Of a stretch of 64,000 bases of DNA, positions 1 through 13,568 are shown piece by piece. The stretch is from positions 1,488,001-1,552,000 of the forward strand of contig NW_027117346.1 of NCBI RefSeq assembly GCF_038025025.1, given 5' to 3'. The first letter of the stretch is position 1, and the number at the start of each line of letters is the position of its first letter. The DNA is from Phyllosticta citribraziliensis (taxonomy: Eukaryota). Under the pieces are notes generated by a model, which was not told the origin of the DNA, ran no database searches, and saw only the letters and a program-made list of their open reading frames with translations. The position numbers and the translations under genes were made by a program.

Positions 1-304
1 CGGATCCACTCCTCATTCTGATCCGAGGGCCCGGCTTCGAGAATGAGGACTGTCACGCTGGAGTCCTCGGTCAATCGGTTGGCTACAGTCAATCCACTTG
101 CGCCTGATAGGGTCAACTGAAGCTCTATTGAGCTGGTCCGTGAGACTCACCACCACCGACAACTAAAAAGGTCAGCCAAATACTCGGGTGTCCAGTAGAC
201 AGTCACTTACTAATATAGTCATACTCATCCAATAGGGTGTCATTAATCGGCCGTGCCAGGGAAGGAAGTGCAACAGCGAGCAAAAGAGCGAGCTGCGAAA
301 ACAT
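1..304 (-). CDS. Secreted GMC (AA3) oxidoreductase, 5' part only (runs off window start)
   Basis: Not in ORF track. Spliced exons 304-211, 162-151 (12-nt microexon) and 103-1 give [69 protein letters not shown]: a signal peptide plus the GMC FAD-binding start [15 protein letters not shown].E. Introns 210-163 (GTAAGT..CTGAC..TAG) and 150-104 (GTGAGT..CAG). Confidence 0.9.
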
Positions 305-2794
305 AACGAAGGACAGGTCGAATTACTACGTTGGACCAATGAAAGACGGAATGGCGCTGCGTAAAACGACCAATAATTACGAAACAAACGACGGGACGCT
401 ATAGCGAAGGTAGCGGGGAAGAAAGAAGGACGACAGCCGTACGGATGGAGCAAGAGGAGCGTACTCCGCGGGACAGTCTACTTATCCACGGTGGCTGCAT
501 CCACGTCGGTGTGCCTTGTTTGCCTACAGCCCTTTCATAATTGTCCTGTGGAGCGCCATGGCTCCAAGCCAGGCGTCAGACACACCGTGTTCGGCGGTAT
601 TATTTTTCGAGAGCTGGCTTCGCGGGCTGCTGCGGCCCCAGGTTGCCCTCTGCGGATCCGCACAGGTACCTGCAGCGGTCCGCCCATGATTGGCCGGCAG
701 ACCATCCGGCATCTTATGCAGATCTGCCAGAGACGGCAAGCCGGCGTCAAACAAATTTAGAATGGGCCACTGCCGCCATTGTTTTTTCGTTGGAGCCGCG
801 GATGGTGTTGGCAGGCGTTGCAGCGTTTGTTTTGGCCACCGACTCCTTTTCGCCCGTGGAGCTCGTGGCTGGGTCTTCCCTGCTCTTTTCCTCAAACCCT
901 TGTCCAACCACCAAGTTCCCCATTTTTGTTTCACGCCGCATCCCAAAATGGAGACTTTCCTCTTCTGGTCTTCAACGAGGCAACAAGGTCCATCTGCACG
1001 CCAGTGGAGCTTCAAACGGGTGCTGAGACTGCGGCCGAGTATCAGATGCGCCGTTCTCCAGTGGCCTTTGGGGGCGAGCAATCCTTCAATCAACGTCACT
1101 CCGGTCTTCCTTCTGACCATTCCCCGAGGCAGATGCCGGATGACATCGTAACGCCGTGCCGTGGAGCGCTCGGATATGGCAGAAGGAGCTCGCATGTCGT
1201 TCGATCAGGCAGTCTTGCCGCTGCCACTTGCCACGCTGCGCGCAGTGCTGATCGCAATGTCTGTGCACCCTGGAAGTAGATCTTTCAGGTACCGCTTCAC
1301 CACAAGCGCGTGAACGCTCCTCAAAGATAAACCATGTCCCATCAGGACTAGTGAAGTTGGCATTTTTCTTCGTATTTGTTTCCGAACTCCCGGGGCCCGG
1401 TTGACTTCTGCCCCCTCAAAGCTTTGCATAAGTCTTGATGCAGAAATTATTGGCGTAGCACATTGCTGGGTCGATTGTCGTAAAGGAAGCGTCGACAAAA
1501 TTGTAGCGGTGTATTACTAAAATCGGGTCTGGTTGTGGCCTCGGTATTCTAGCAGCTCGTAGTGTTCCTGATTTCTCAGCGTCAGAGCGTGCGAAGATAT
1601 CCGTCAGTCCCTCAGGCCGTGAGACAGTCAACAGGGCGGTGCCAAGTGCAGCCATGTGTCAAGCAAACACCACGCTTATCCGGGGCCAGCCTAATAACTC
1701 TAAAGTCGCGAGTGTGATGGATGGACTGATGGAAACTGGGGTTAGCATCAGGAATTGCGTGGAGTGACAATGAGCTGTTGCGCTCTTTCTCCAGGAAGCA
1801 GTCAGCTGTCAGTACGCGTTTAGTCCGCCGACCCGCAAAAACCCCCAGTCACCCGCCCTTTCGATCCGCAAAAGAAAAGAGGCAGTACCGGATGTGGGTG
1901 TGAAGTGGGTGGTGGCCAAATTCTTGGGAATCCTTCCCCACGAGCCGCACAGCGACCTAAGGCATCCCTTCAGGTCTCCTCCCAAGGAAGCCGACAAGCA
2001 TCCGTGTGCCTGTCGATTTTGCGTGGAGGCGATTGCTGGCGAGGCAGTGCTCCTCGCTTGTTTACCCATCGTGACGCCACGGTGGTTGACAAACGAATTC
2101 GGCTAGCAGGACTGTGGTGTTGCCCCTATTCTGCGGACCCGTAGCTCCGTCTCGATGCGGCTCGTCGCTCTACGACCGAGTTTGCGACCTTAAACCCCAA
2201 CAACGGTCGTCGAGGCAAAAGGCCGATGGGCGAAAATACGGCCAGCCAAGCACGTCTTTGCGGCATCCATGGTCTGCGGCCTCGTTGTGTCGTTGGTCTC
2301 GTCTTAGGTCACAGTGACGGCGGGAAGCAGCGGATAGCGAATCTTCGTGCGCGAGCCACCACGGACCGGTGACGCTGATGACGTCCGTTGAAGACCGAGG
2401 TTGGAAGTGGGAAAGACGAAGTTGGCGGAGAACTGGCACCTGGACGACCTGAGGGTTAGATTCGCTTCGCTCGTGCCAACAGTCATGATCTCATGGGGCG
2501 GTGTCTCCTGGAGTAGTGTAGGGCTGTACGCGAGGCTGCCCATGCCCGTTGTCAATGATGGAATTGCTGGATGCAAGTCACAGGAGGTGCACTATGGGTG
2601 TTCGTATCGATAGCGGTTCCTGACTCTTGTCCACCGACGTCCAGCTCAATCTGCTCGTGCGGCGTGCGGATTGTTTGCGCAATCAGGCAAACTCGCCTGC
2701 CACGGCAAGAGCCCAAGGATTTCGCCACTGCTTGGGCACGGTCTTGTGGTGGATGACTGAATCTTAGATAGACGTGGAAGTAAACAACACTCTA

Positions 2795-2936
2795 CAGCGG
2801 ATCGAAAGAAATGAGACTCCCTGGATCTGACTGCAGCAATGAACGACTGCTCCCTAGACATGACTGCGGTAGTGAATGAATGCGCCCCGAGTGCACTAGC
2901 ACTGCCGCAAGGTCTCATTCCGCTCAACACCCACTG
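2795..2936 (+). mobile_element. MITE-like dispersed repeat, copy 1 (degenerate)
   Basis: Shares the CAGCGG..CGAAAGAAATGAGAC / GGTCTCATT..CACCCACTG termini and internal AATGAAYG..CTCCC modules with copies at 12566, 23058 and 25525. Confidence 0.8.
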
Positions 2937-3971
2937 CGACTCGTCAAATCTATCAGCACTTCAACTCCTCGATTCAGCATCACCAGGCAGACAGCACAAT
3001 GTAGGACAAAAACATCTATTAGATATCCATGTCCCTTATTTTTTTTAGTTTTCTTTCTTTCTTCCTACCCGGTCAAAAGGTCCCCTCAACCCCGCGTCAT
3101 CTACTCTTCGTGTCCAACGAAAGCATGAGAGAGAAAAAAATCCTCGTGTCCCATTCTCGTCGTCCATGCCGTCCTGTCCCGTCCGTATGCCGAAGCCCCA
3201 AGAGTTCAAGGAAAAGCCAAATGATAATGCTCCGTAAACCCCATGAACTTGGGTATCATCGTTGAGACGCATCAGGACCAGCCGGTGGCTCCGTCTTTCC
3301 AGTGATATGAATCAAAAAAAACTCCCCGATCCAGAGCACCTGGCCTTTTTTCTCAACGTTTCCCGTTCAAGTCAAGGCTGTTGCAAAATCATCCCGCCCG
3401 TCCCGTCGATGGTGAACAAAGTAGAGGAAAGAGTAGTAGATGAGCCGCGTGTGAGGAGAGGAGGCAAAGGAGCGAATTAAAGTGGGTAGGTGAAGCAAAG
3501 TTGTATGTACCAGAAGAGGGAAAACAAAAAAAACAGCAAAACAGAAACACCGCGACTCCAGGGGAGAAAAGGAAAAGAGTAGAAGCAGGAAATGAAAGCT
3601 CAAATGCCCTCAAGACTCGAGGCTGCGAGTGTGGTCCGCCAAAAAAATCCCGGGACATCAACTGCAGCCCTCAAAGGACCCGAAAATCCATCATGCAGAC
3701 GGAAAACGAAAACGCCCCGCAGCACAAAGCATGAACGGATCAAACCCTGAGACCCCGTCGCTGGTGCAGTCGAAGAAGAAAAAAGTCCTAGAGAGCAGAG
3801 AGATGAAGATACCCAGCGCCGTACAATTACAAAAGAGATTCTTAGATCTGAAAAGAGCCCGGCACCATGCGCATGAATGCTCCGAGCCGGACGACTCGGG
3901 AGATGGAATCAAAAGAGGAGTGCAAAAGTCCCCAGATCCAAGATATCCTGAGCACCAAAACGCCCGTTGCA

Positions 3972-5477
3972 CTAGGTATCGACAAGTTGAAGCTTGAGGA
4001 GACGCTTGAGGTCGTTTTCGATCGTCTTGGCGTCAGTCTGGGCGGAATCATTTCTGGCTGGCGAGGAAGAGTTGTGGTGGAATGGAGATCCGAGTCCAGA
4101 GTGAGGTGGGGTCCCGACCGCCTGCGGCATGTGGAGACGGTCCGGAAGCGGCGAGCGCTGGACGTGAGAGTTCAAGTAGTTGCGCGAAGCAGCGTCAGCG
4201 TCAAGCTTGTGCTGTGCGGGAGTCTTCAGCACAGGCTCAGAGCGAGATGCAAGCTCCGCAGTGTTGGAAGGAGAAACGTCTAATTCCTGACGGAGGTTGG
4301 AAGACCGCTTGGCAGAATCACCACGAGCGGCCTGGAAAAGAGGAGAGAGATTGCGGTTTCCATAGTAGAACGGATTGGCTTCGAGGTTGATCTGGTTTGC
4401 GGGCGTGACGGGAGCCTTGTTGATTGATCCTGGGTTGTAAAATGGCGAAGGAGTGTGGAAATCAGGACCTTGGCGAGACGGAGTGCCACCACCTTGGCTG
4501 GGCGCTGGAGATTGGGAATGAGCCTTTTTGGAAGACGAAAAGAGTTCCTTGAGCGCCTGCGGGTAGTTTTCGGAATCTTGATTGTTCCTCGGAAGTGACG
4601 AAGGCGCCGTGACGGACCTTGCGGCAGACAGGCGCTCCCGCGACACAATTGGGCTGGGAGAGGCGGGCTTTGGCGTAGAGGCAACCGCATGGTCCATCTC
4701 CATGTTGAAGACGCCATTTGAAGTGTTGCGGCCGTGAGCCCTTCCGTTGATTTGCGGAGGGGCTTTGCCTGGAGGAGTAGAATTTCCGGCAGCGTTAGCC
4801 TTGCGGGCCTTTTCCGCCTTGTCCGCCCTGAAGAAAAAGTCTAGAGGCGAAGATTCATCACGAAGAGGAGCGCGCTCCGCCGGAGTGGCCTCTGTGGCAA
4901 GCGTAGCATCCGTGTTGGTGGGGGATTCGGTATTCTCACTACCACTGCTGCTGTCGGATTCTTGGTCCAACCGCGACTGAAAGGTTGCTGGAGCGGCATT
5001 TGCTGGAACCGACTTGGAAAACAGTCGCGGCATGGGAAGAGCGGATGGCGCTGGGGAGGCATGAAACGCAGGGCCGGCGTAGGCGCTATCCCTGGCCGGG
5101 GTCGCTGCAGAGAGATCCTTGGGCGGCGACATGCGGCCATTGCCGTATCGCTGCTGCTGAGGCTGCTGCTTGCCCCGGCGATTCTTCTGGCCAGCCGCGG
5201 GAGCTGGGCTGTCGGAGACAGATCCTTCGTAGGTGTGCGCTGAAGTCATGTTGTGGCCCTCGGAAACGTAACCGGGTACGACTGCGGGGTCGGCGTTGGA
5301 CAGACGTTTATTGTTGTGGTTGCTACCGTCGCGATTCTTACGCGGACGACGTTGGCTGGATCGCGCAGGCGTGGAGATGGCGTCGGAAGGGTTGGGGGCT
5401 GTCCTCGCAGGTGTTTCGCTGTTGGAGTGATAGTGGACCTTGGAGCCCCTCGATGGTGTCGAAATGAGGTCTGACAT
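3972..5477 (-). CDS. Edc1/PNRC-like enhancer of mRNA decapping (disordered, 501 aa)
   Basis: Intronless ORF with YAGPAFHASPAPSALPMP (YAG + LPxP decapping-activator motif of Edc1/PNRC2) and a C-terminal LKRLL helical leucine motif. Confidence 0.8.
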   Translation of the reverse strand: MSDLISTPSRGSKVHYHSNSETPARTAPNPSDAISTPARSSQRRPRKNRDGSNHNNKRLSNADPAVVPGYVSEGHNMTSAHTYEGSVSDSPAPAAGQKNRRGKQQPQQQRYGNGRMSPPKDLSAATPARDSAYAGPAFHASPAPSALPMPRLFSKSVPANAAPATFQSRLDQESDSSSGSENTESPTNTDATLATEATPAERAPLRDESSPLDFFFRADKAEKARKANAAGNSTPPGKAPPQINGRAHGRNTSNGVFNMEMDHAVASTPKPASPSPIVSRERLSAARSVTAPSSLPRNNQDSENYPQALKELFSSSKKAHSQSPAPSQGGGTPSRQGPDFHTPSPFYNPGSINKAPVTPANQINLEANPFYYGNRNLSPLFQAARGDSAKRSSNLRQELDVSPSNTAELASRSEPVLKTPAQHKLDADAASRNYLNSHVQRSPLPDRLHMPQAVGTPPHSGLGSPFHHNSSSPARNDSAQTDAKTIENDLKRLLKLQLVDT

Positions 5478-6148
5478 TGTGGGGAAGTAGGTCGGTAGCG
5501 AACGAACGGAGAGAGGAGCGGTTCAAGGGTCTACGGGATTCTCTGTTGAGGCCGATGGTTGTGGTAGAGTGACGTGTGGTTGGAACAGGAGCCGTGGTTG
5601 GCTATGTTGGCGTTTGTGGACGTGGCGGGGGTCGAGAGTGGGTCAGGTGAGGGGCGGTCGAAGTTGCGCAGAGGTTGGGGCTCATGTATAAGAATGGGCG
5701 GACGATGGAAAGCAGCGGGAGAGAGCTGATAATCATGGCCACTTGCGCGCGAGGTGAGTGGAGCGAAGGTGAAGGGTGTGGGAGAGGGAGAGGGAGAGTG
5801 GGAGACGAGTTGTCACGGCTTCTTGCCTTTGCCGGGCGGCGACGGCGACGGCGGCTGACCCGGCCCGCCCTGAACCCCGGGCCCACTGGGCTGCCCGTAG
5901 CGGGCTGTCAGCGGCGCCAGCCAACTTCGGTTGGGAGCTCCCTCCAGTCGACTCTACCTGGACCTACCGTCATACCTACCTATCTACCGGACTCTGCGCA
6001 TCCATCGACAACCACCACCAACACCTCCATTCGACCGCCGTCTGCCACGCTCCAGGGTCCACCATCGCACCTCCGCCCCGGCGCTCCATTCCTCCGTCAT
6101 CTTCACCCCGCCAGCGCATAAAACCCCACCATCCTCCATATCCACACC

Positions 6149-6640
<492 letters not shown>

Positions 6641-6827
6641 GCGCGCCGCAAAGTCCGTAGGTTTCGGGGCAGGAATGGTTCAAAAGAGGGTCGTCTGATG
6701 ATAATGACGCGTGCACTGGCGGCGTTGGGGCAAAATAGTCAAGAGGGTTACATTGAGCTTCGGTGGCTCTAGCAAACACAATCCCAAGCCCTTTGGGCTA
6801 CCAACGCCTGTCCCATGCTCAAGACTT

Positions 6828-7236
6828 CTATGTGACTCGCTGGCCATCTACCTCGACTTCAAGACCGCCCAGCCCCGACGAGTGCGAGGGTAGCCATGTG
6901 ACGGGGTTCTTGTTGAAAAATGGCCAGGGTGGAACGACGACGAGGAAGGTAACGGCTGCGCCGGCGAGGAGAATCCACAGGGTCAGGGCAATGTTCTGGG
7001 TCGAGTAGCCGACGAGAAAGGCGACAACCTGGAAAGGTTAGAAAGGAAGGAAACAGCCCGGGTGGGTGGGGCTTACGCCGGCAGTGGTGAGGAGAGCTGT
7101 CGTCAAGAGCTCGGCGAGGCGCTGGCCGTCGAAGTCCTGGAGAATCAAGTCAGATGGTGAAGCTGCGGCAGGGGGTGTGACCAACTATTTGGCCCTCGAA
7201 GACGTCGCGGGCCTTGTCGAGCAAATTGTCGGCCAT
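6828..7236 (-). CDS. SPC1: Signal peptidase complex subunit Spc1/SPC12
   Basis: Three exons give MADNLLDKARDVFEGQI|DFDGQRLAELLTTALLTTAG|VVAFLVGYSTQNIALTLWILLAGAAVTFLVVVPPWPFFNKNPVTWLP, with the SPC12 signatures DF.GQ and VVVPPWP. Confidence 0.93.
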
Positions 7237-8312
7237 GATTGTGATGGTGAGAGGGGAATGGACGACGTGGAGCGAGCTCAGCCCAAAGGCCAAGAGACCG
7301 GAAGGGAGCGTCCGTTCGCGACGGGTGATGATTGCCGGGATGGTGACGGCGAGCGCGCGAGCGGTCGGGTTGGCGCAGTTGGCGCGGCGATAGCGCAGCT
7401 GCACAACGATGAGGAGGAGGAGCAGGAGGAGCAGAAGTAATTCGCGCGTTCTACAACAGAGCAGCCAACGAGTGGACGTGAGGCTTTGAGGGAATTTGAT
7501 GCGGCTGTCATGCATCTCAGGGCCCTCCAGGTCCAGGTCCAGGTCCACCTAAGCTTCTGGTCTTCCCGAAGCGGCCTAGGGCGACGGCAAAGCTTTGTGC
7601 CAAGGCCGTCCTACTCTTCCGTTTTCCTCTCCACCCACGGCCCACGGCTCTCAACACTTCCCCAAGAATTCTTGCCGTCCCCCATCAGTCTCTCTCGCTG
7701 CCGGTCGAGTTGCACCGAACGCCCACTTTCCATCGCTCACTCGGCTTTATTCCCTCATAATCTACACGTCGCATCGTATCTCGTTCCCGCCGTTGCGGCC
7801 TGCGTTCGCGCTCGCTGTCAGTCTTGTCTGACCGACCGCCTCCTCGTCCGCAGCCCCAAGCCCGTAGTGGCTGACCGCGCCCCGTCGCCAAAACAAGTTT
7901 CTTCATTCCCGGCACCGCGCCGTCTCTACACTCTCAAATCCACCAAGTTGGCGGGCATCAAGGTTCTCAGGCTCTCCTTCATCCGTCCTCTCCTCGGCCC
8001 GTCCCTCTGGGTCAGCGGAGGCGACAAGAAGCCTCCATAACTGGCCCTCTTGCTTCCTCGGCCCCTTGGCTTGCAGCTGAACACCACATCTTAATACTAC
8101 GTACGCTTCCGACGGTGGAAGAGGTATTACTACCTCACCAGGAAAAGAGACAACCGGCTTAGTGTAGGGCGGATCCCTACGCCGAGCCAAACAGTCAAGT
8201 TGAGCGCCTTCACGCGGTGAGCGCTCACAAGCGGCTCGCCAAGTCTGTCCGACGACGCTTCGCACAAACACTGCCGCACTTAGCGCAATCCAACTCGACG
8301 TAAGACGTCAAA

Positions 8313-10386
8313 ATGACCGACACGCCCAGGTCGGGTCACTCCCACACGCGCTTCAGCACTCCCGTGTCTGAACTCGACGACCATCGAAACCAGCCGCAAT
8401 CCCTCCCGCTCGCCACGGACAATCCAAGCCCCCAGGCTTCCCGTCGCGGCACTGCCAACAGCCAGCACTTGACTCACGCCGAGCGGAGGGATCTCTTGAC
8501 CGTCAACGATGCTCTGGAACGGCACGGCCTGATTGCGCGAGATTTTGAAAACGCCATCGTGGATGACGACCGCAGCCCGCTCGACTCCGACAACGCAGGC
8601 TTCTTTGGCCGACGGGGCTCTATCAGCCCCATGACCCAGCGAAAGGACACCTTTCGCCGTCCAAGGGACGTGACGCTGGTCCCAGAGGCCACCCGGTCAA
8701 AGTCGCGGTCCTCTTCCAAGTCGTCTCGCTCCGTTTCTCCGCCAAACTCAGTCGACGCCTTTGCCGACCCGCGCCGTCGCGATCGCGCTGGAACGATTAC
8801 CTCACAGCGCGCCCCCTCTGACGTCGAATTGCGTCTTCAGCGAACCGTGTCCCAGAACACCCAGAGGCGCCGGCCCACCTTTAGCGAGGAGAGTCGCCAC
8901 GGTACCATCAATGACACCAACTCGCGGCACAGCTCGGCTGAAGAAGACGTCTGCTTCCCGGTTCCACCAGAAACTGGAAAGACGTATGGCATCGACTTTG
9001 AAGAGCTAGAGGAGTTCGTTGCCGAGAGCGGCCGCCGGACAAAGAACCCAATTGTGCTCCCGCTCTCGCGCAAGCCTAGCAAGGCCAGTGTCAAGTCGTC
9101 CAACTCCAAGCGCGTCTTTCACGACTTGCGCCAGAAGCCTTCGTTGGCCGACGTTGCCAAGATTTCCGGGTCGGCTGATGCTTACATGCCGCATCCTGAT
9201 GCTGTCGATAGCGGTGCCGAACTTCAAGAAAAGAAGGCCGATGTCAATATTCAAAACCCGGGCCTAATCACAAACACGCTCGACGGATACCCGAACAGGT
9301 GGACGTTTTTCTCATCTGAGCTCGACGACACCATTCACGCTGCTGACTTAGGCGGTCTTCTGATGCCGGGCGAGTCTTTCAGGGACTTATTCGAGCTCCC
9401 GCCCGACTCCGGCATGTGGTGGCTCGACATACTCTGTCCCACTGAGGAGGAAGTCTTTGCCATCTGCAAGGCTTTCGGCGTCCATCCCCTTACCAGAGAG
9501 GACATTCTCACCCAAGAGGCCCGCGAAAAGGTGGAGCTTTTCAAGCAATACTATTTCATCTGTTTCCGCTCCTTCTTCCAGGTGGACAAGGCCAGCGAGG
9601 ACTTTTTGGAGCCCGTCAATGTTTACGCCGTCGTCTTCCGCGAGGGTCTTTTGACTTTCACGTTTGCGCCAAACCCGCACGCATCCAACGTGCGGAAGAG
9701 GATTGGCCGGCTCAAGGATTACATTTCCCTGTCCGCTGATTGGATCTGCTATGCTCTCATGTAAGTCAATCATCCCTACGACGTGTCCCTCTGCTAACCA
9801 AATTAGTGACGACATTGTCGACAGCTTCGGTCCCGTTATCCGAGACATTGAACACGAGACCGATGGGATCGAAGACCAGGTCTTTACTGCGCGCGCCGAA
9901 GACAGTCGGGCAATCTTGCGTTGCATTGGCGAATGCCGCAAAAAGGTCATGTCAATGATGCGACTCCTCGGCGGCAAGGCCGACGTCATTAAAGGCTTCG
10001 CCAAGCGTTGCAATGAGCAGTACGACATGGCTCCTCGTGGCGACGTCGGTCTCTACCTCAGCGACATTCAAGACCACGTTGTGACCATGATGAGCAACCT
10101 CAGTCATTTCGAAAAGATGTTGTCGCGCAGCCACTCCAACTACCTGGCGCAGATTTCGGTCGACCACCTGACGCAGGGCAACAGTGTCAACGAGATGCTG
10201 GGCAAAATCACCCTCATTGCAACCATTCTCGTCCCGCTCAATCTCATCTGCGGTCTGTTCGGCATGAATATTCCCGTCCCGGGCCAGGAAAGCGGCACGC
10301 TGGCTTGGTTCTTTGGGGTCTTGGGTGTCATGGCTGCCTTTGTGTGCACATGCCTGATCATTGCGAGGAAGATGAAGTATGTGTGA
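8313..10386 (+). CDS. CorA-family Mg2+ transporter (Alr1/Alr2/Mnr2-like)
   Basis: ORFs 8313-9764 and 9664-10386 are joined by intron 9761-9806 (GTAAGT..CTAAC..TAG). Motifs WWLD..CPT, FGVHPLT.EDI..QE.REKVELF, GLFGMN and two C-terminal TM helices. Confidence 0.95.
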
Positions 10387-12565
10387 GGAGAAAGAGATTC
10401 TTGGTGTGTGTCTGGTCAAAAAGATTTCTCTGGCGTGGTCTCCGGTTGAGTTTCTTGCTACTTTCTTGGGTTCAGTTTCTAATTCAACGTTTGCCCCAAT
10501 CTGTTCTTCTGCTCCCGTTCCATTTTTTTGATTCGCCAGCTCATCTTCTTTCCGTTCTGCCTTCTCTTCTGCTTGCTATGTAATCCTTTGAGCTTCGTCA
10601 ACCTCGTCCCCCAAACCCCCTTTCCTCATCTCATTGGCAAAAAGGCGCAAACGAGCGAGCGAGCATGCATGTGCACAGCAAGCGAGCGAGCGAGACGCCA
10701 TTTCAATCTCTTTGGTCGTCGTTGTCGTTGTTGCATCCTCAAATGAATTTTTTCATCCCCTGCCTGGAATCAATCAACCAACCCATACTCCCTCCTCCTA
10801 GCGCTGCCGATTCGTTTGAGTTGTCATCTTCTTGATTCGATCTTGTTGGCCTGTAGATGGGTAGATGACTTTGGCCTTTTTCTTGGCTTTCGATGTTTTT
10901 TGAAGAGGAGTTGGAATAGGAGGATCAGGATGGGAGTTGGCAAAGGTTCAGGTTGGTTGGATGTGCGAATGGTGCGATGGCGATGGCGATGCGATGCGTG
11001 CTTTCTGGCTTCTCTTCCCCTGCCCTCCCACGTATATACATAGTCTACCTACCCACCCGTATAGTTTAGTACAAAAAAAGCGTAAACCCTCGTGTTGTTA
11101 TGAGCGTGATGGTAAAAGTAGCTGATTGTTTGCCGCATCTCGTCCATGCACATGTGTTGTCCGCTGACTCACTCCCTACTCACCTCACATACACAATTTT
11201 TCTCGTTCCTGTCATCTAGTGCCCAAGTCAGTCAAACCGATCTTCGTTCTATCGAGATGATGTTTCCTGGCCTGGCTCCCTTTTCACCATTTGAACGTCA
11301 CTCAAGACTCAAGTGTTGAATACTGACATCGCGACTCACAGAACACACACACTTACACACATCAAGCACACCATCTCCTTCCGCTGTTTTTGGCTACAAA
11401 ACTTTTAGTTCGAACGATGGAGCGAGTGCGTCAACGTACACGGGCTCAACACCTGACAAGCTGCGCCACACTAATCCGCACAAGATTCAATTGGCGTCTC
11501 GGCTCGAATTGCCACTTTTCTCTTGGTTTGCTTTCCTCTCCTGCTTTGTTGATTCCCGTCGTGCCACACGTGTGAACATTGCCCTTCGTTCTGCGCAGGC
11601 ATCCTGCTTCGGCAGAGCACCCTTCTATGCCGACGGTTTACGCTTTTAGGCGGCCTTTGGGGCCTAGCAATGATCCAGACACCTAACAAGCCAAATCTCT
11701 CGTTGCTCATGTCCTTGACGCCTTCCGAGCAAGTGTTGGACGAGCATTTGCTCTCGCGAAAGAGTGCCAAGGAGCGGCCGTGTCGGGGATGACGGCCAAA
11801 GATGTTGACAGAATGCCAGCGGTGGGACAAAGGCATATCCATGCGTCTAGGGAGGGGGGCTAGAGATGTGTGGCTGAGGCCGCGAGGCGAGCTCCTGCTT
11901 GGCAGTGGAAGAGACTGATGCGGATAGTGGTGAACTGAGTCGGGGACACGGTGATGGGATGCTTGGTCAGGAGAGAGGGGGAGCTCTTGGCATATGAAAA
12001 ATGGAAAAGGAATGTTCTGAAAAGCAAGTAATGGGACTGCTCATTCTCTTCGCAGATACTTATCAAGATGCCTCCGTGCCAATCGCAACAGCATCGGGCT
12101 TTAACAGCCGAGAGACTTCCTGTTGCCGTTGCAGATGCTGATCAAGGAAGTTCCCAAGATGCCCCCATGCCAATTGCAATAGTGGCAAACATTGACAGAC
12201 GAATCAGCAGGTTGCAAGACCACGGAACCAGAACTCCTCATGGGGTTCACGATAGACACTGCGAGAGGAAAAGGCTGTAGCTGCTTCGGGGCTTAAAATC
12301 CGAGCGGCGCCACCTCGTTCTTCGAAATGAGGGCAAGCAAAGGAGCAGGACGAAAAAAGGGACGGCCACAAATGACACAAAACGTTTGTGATGGGATGGG
12401 AATTGAAAAGGCATGTCTGGACATCCAATTTTCTTGCCATTGCATCAGTGGACTGCGAACTCTGGAAAGTCAATACCACGTGTCGGCGTCGGGACGGCAG
12501 GTTTTGGACATCATCTGGACTAACAGCGAGTCAGCTGTGGGACAGTCCCTTTGCCGATGGCGGCA

Positions 12566-12746
12566 CAGCGGGTGTCGAAAGAAATGAGACTTGACTTCCT
12601 GGGTCTGACTGCGGCAATGAATGACTGCTCCCTAAGCGCAGCTCAGTCGTGGTCAATGAATGCTGCTGAGGCGTAACTGTGGCAGCAAAGGAATGCTCCC
12701 TAGATGCACTCGCATTGCCAGGTCTCATTTCTGTCGACACCCACTG
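12566..12746 (+). mobile_element. MITE-like element, copy 2 (best preserved; hAT-like)
   Basis: Terminal inverted repeat of about 25 bp, CAGCGGGTGTCGAAAGAAATGAGAC / GTCTCATTTCTGTCGACACCCACTG (2 mismatches), flanked by a perfect 8-bp direct repeat TGGCGGCA (12558-12565, 12747-12754). Confidence 0.85.
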
Positions 12747-13546
12747 TGGCGGCACGTCTCCTGTCATGGCGCGGTCAAGCCGTTTTGCTCGCACACAGGA
12801 CCAATTCCGCAGCTGACAAACTTTAATGGTCGCATGGGGTAATGAGTGCAGCCCTGCCGGACGGGCGTGCCGGCGTACCGTGTGTTCCGATTGGAGCTCA
12901 CGAGGATGACCGGGATAAAAAATGACGGGGGCTGGGTTGTTTGCAAAAGGGAAAATGCCATCTGTCCGACCCGGGTAGGCTCATGGGAAATTCCAGCTCC
13001 CCCTCAGAATACCATGGCGCCAAACATGCTTTTTTTTCTTTCAAATGCGCGGGTTCCGCTGCTTGTCGGGGTGGCCTGCTTGGCTTCCTTGCTTGATGCA
13101 ATGTACCGCACATGCTCGTGGCACAACCTGATGACAGGAGAGGTGCACAAATGCCTGGGCCCACGGTCTAGTCTCGATGGTGGTCAGAGTCCGCAAAAAC
13201 CGCTAGTAAGCGATGGGATGAGGTTGCAACAAGGTAGGTGCAAGCAGCGAGTCAGGACCCAGGGCATCCAGGGCAACGATCGAGATCCAACTGATAACGA
13301 GCTCTTCAGCGCGGAGAGGGCAGTGGTCTAGCCAGCATCGTAGAAGCTTGGGCAAGAGGGAGTAGGACCGATTCGCGTTGATGACGAGGAGAGATGGCCG
13401 GCCAGATGCTGGACCTGATCTGGCAGTGTAACCGGACAGGCGGTTCAAAGTTTCGTCTTTTGAAGCGGCACAGCCGAGGATGAGAGGCCTGATGGTGCTG
13501 GAGCAGTCGAGGCATTGTCATTGGACTAGGACTGCAGTCGTCGGCT

Positions 13547-13568
13547 GGGGGGGGGGGGGGGGGGGGGG
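13547..13568 (+). repeat. poly-G tract (G22)
   Basis: 22 consecutive G followed by CGGGGG, about 1 kb upstream of the HSF1 ATG. Confidence 0.95.

Noticed and set aside
747..1655. One minus-strand frame interrupted only by TGA codons (1416-1418, 1086-1088, 972-974, 747-749), suggesting a pseudogene or Sec/readthrough recoding
   Set aside because: The translation resembles no family I know, no SECIS-like element is apparent, Dikarya lack selenocysteine machinery, and TGA is the commonest chance stop in GC-rich DNA.
12566..12746. Repeat family considered as a ribozyme, snoRNA or CRISPR-like array
   Set aside because: No hammerhead CUGAnGA/GAAA core, no C/D or H/ACA layout and no repeat-spacer periodicity; TIR + 8-bp TSD fits a DNA transposon better.
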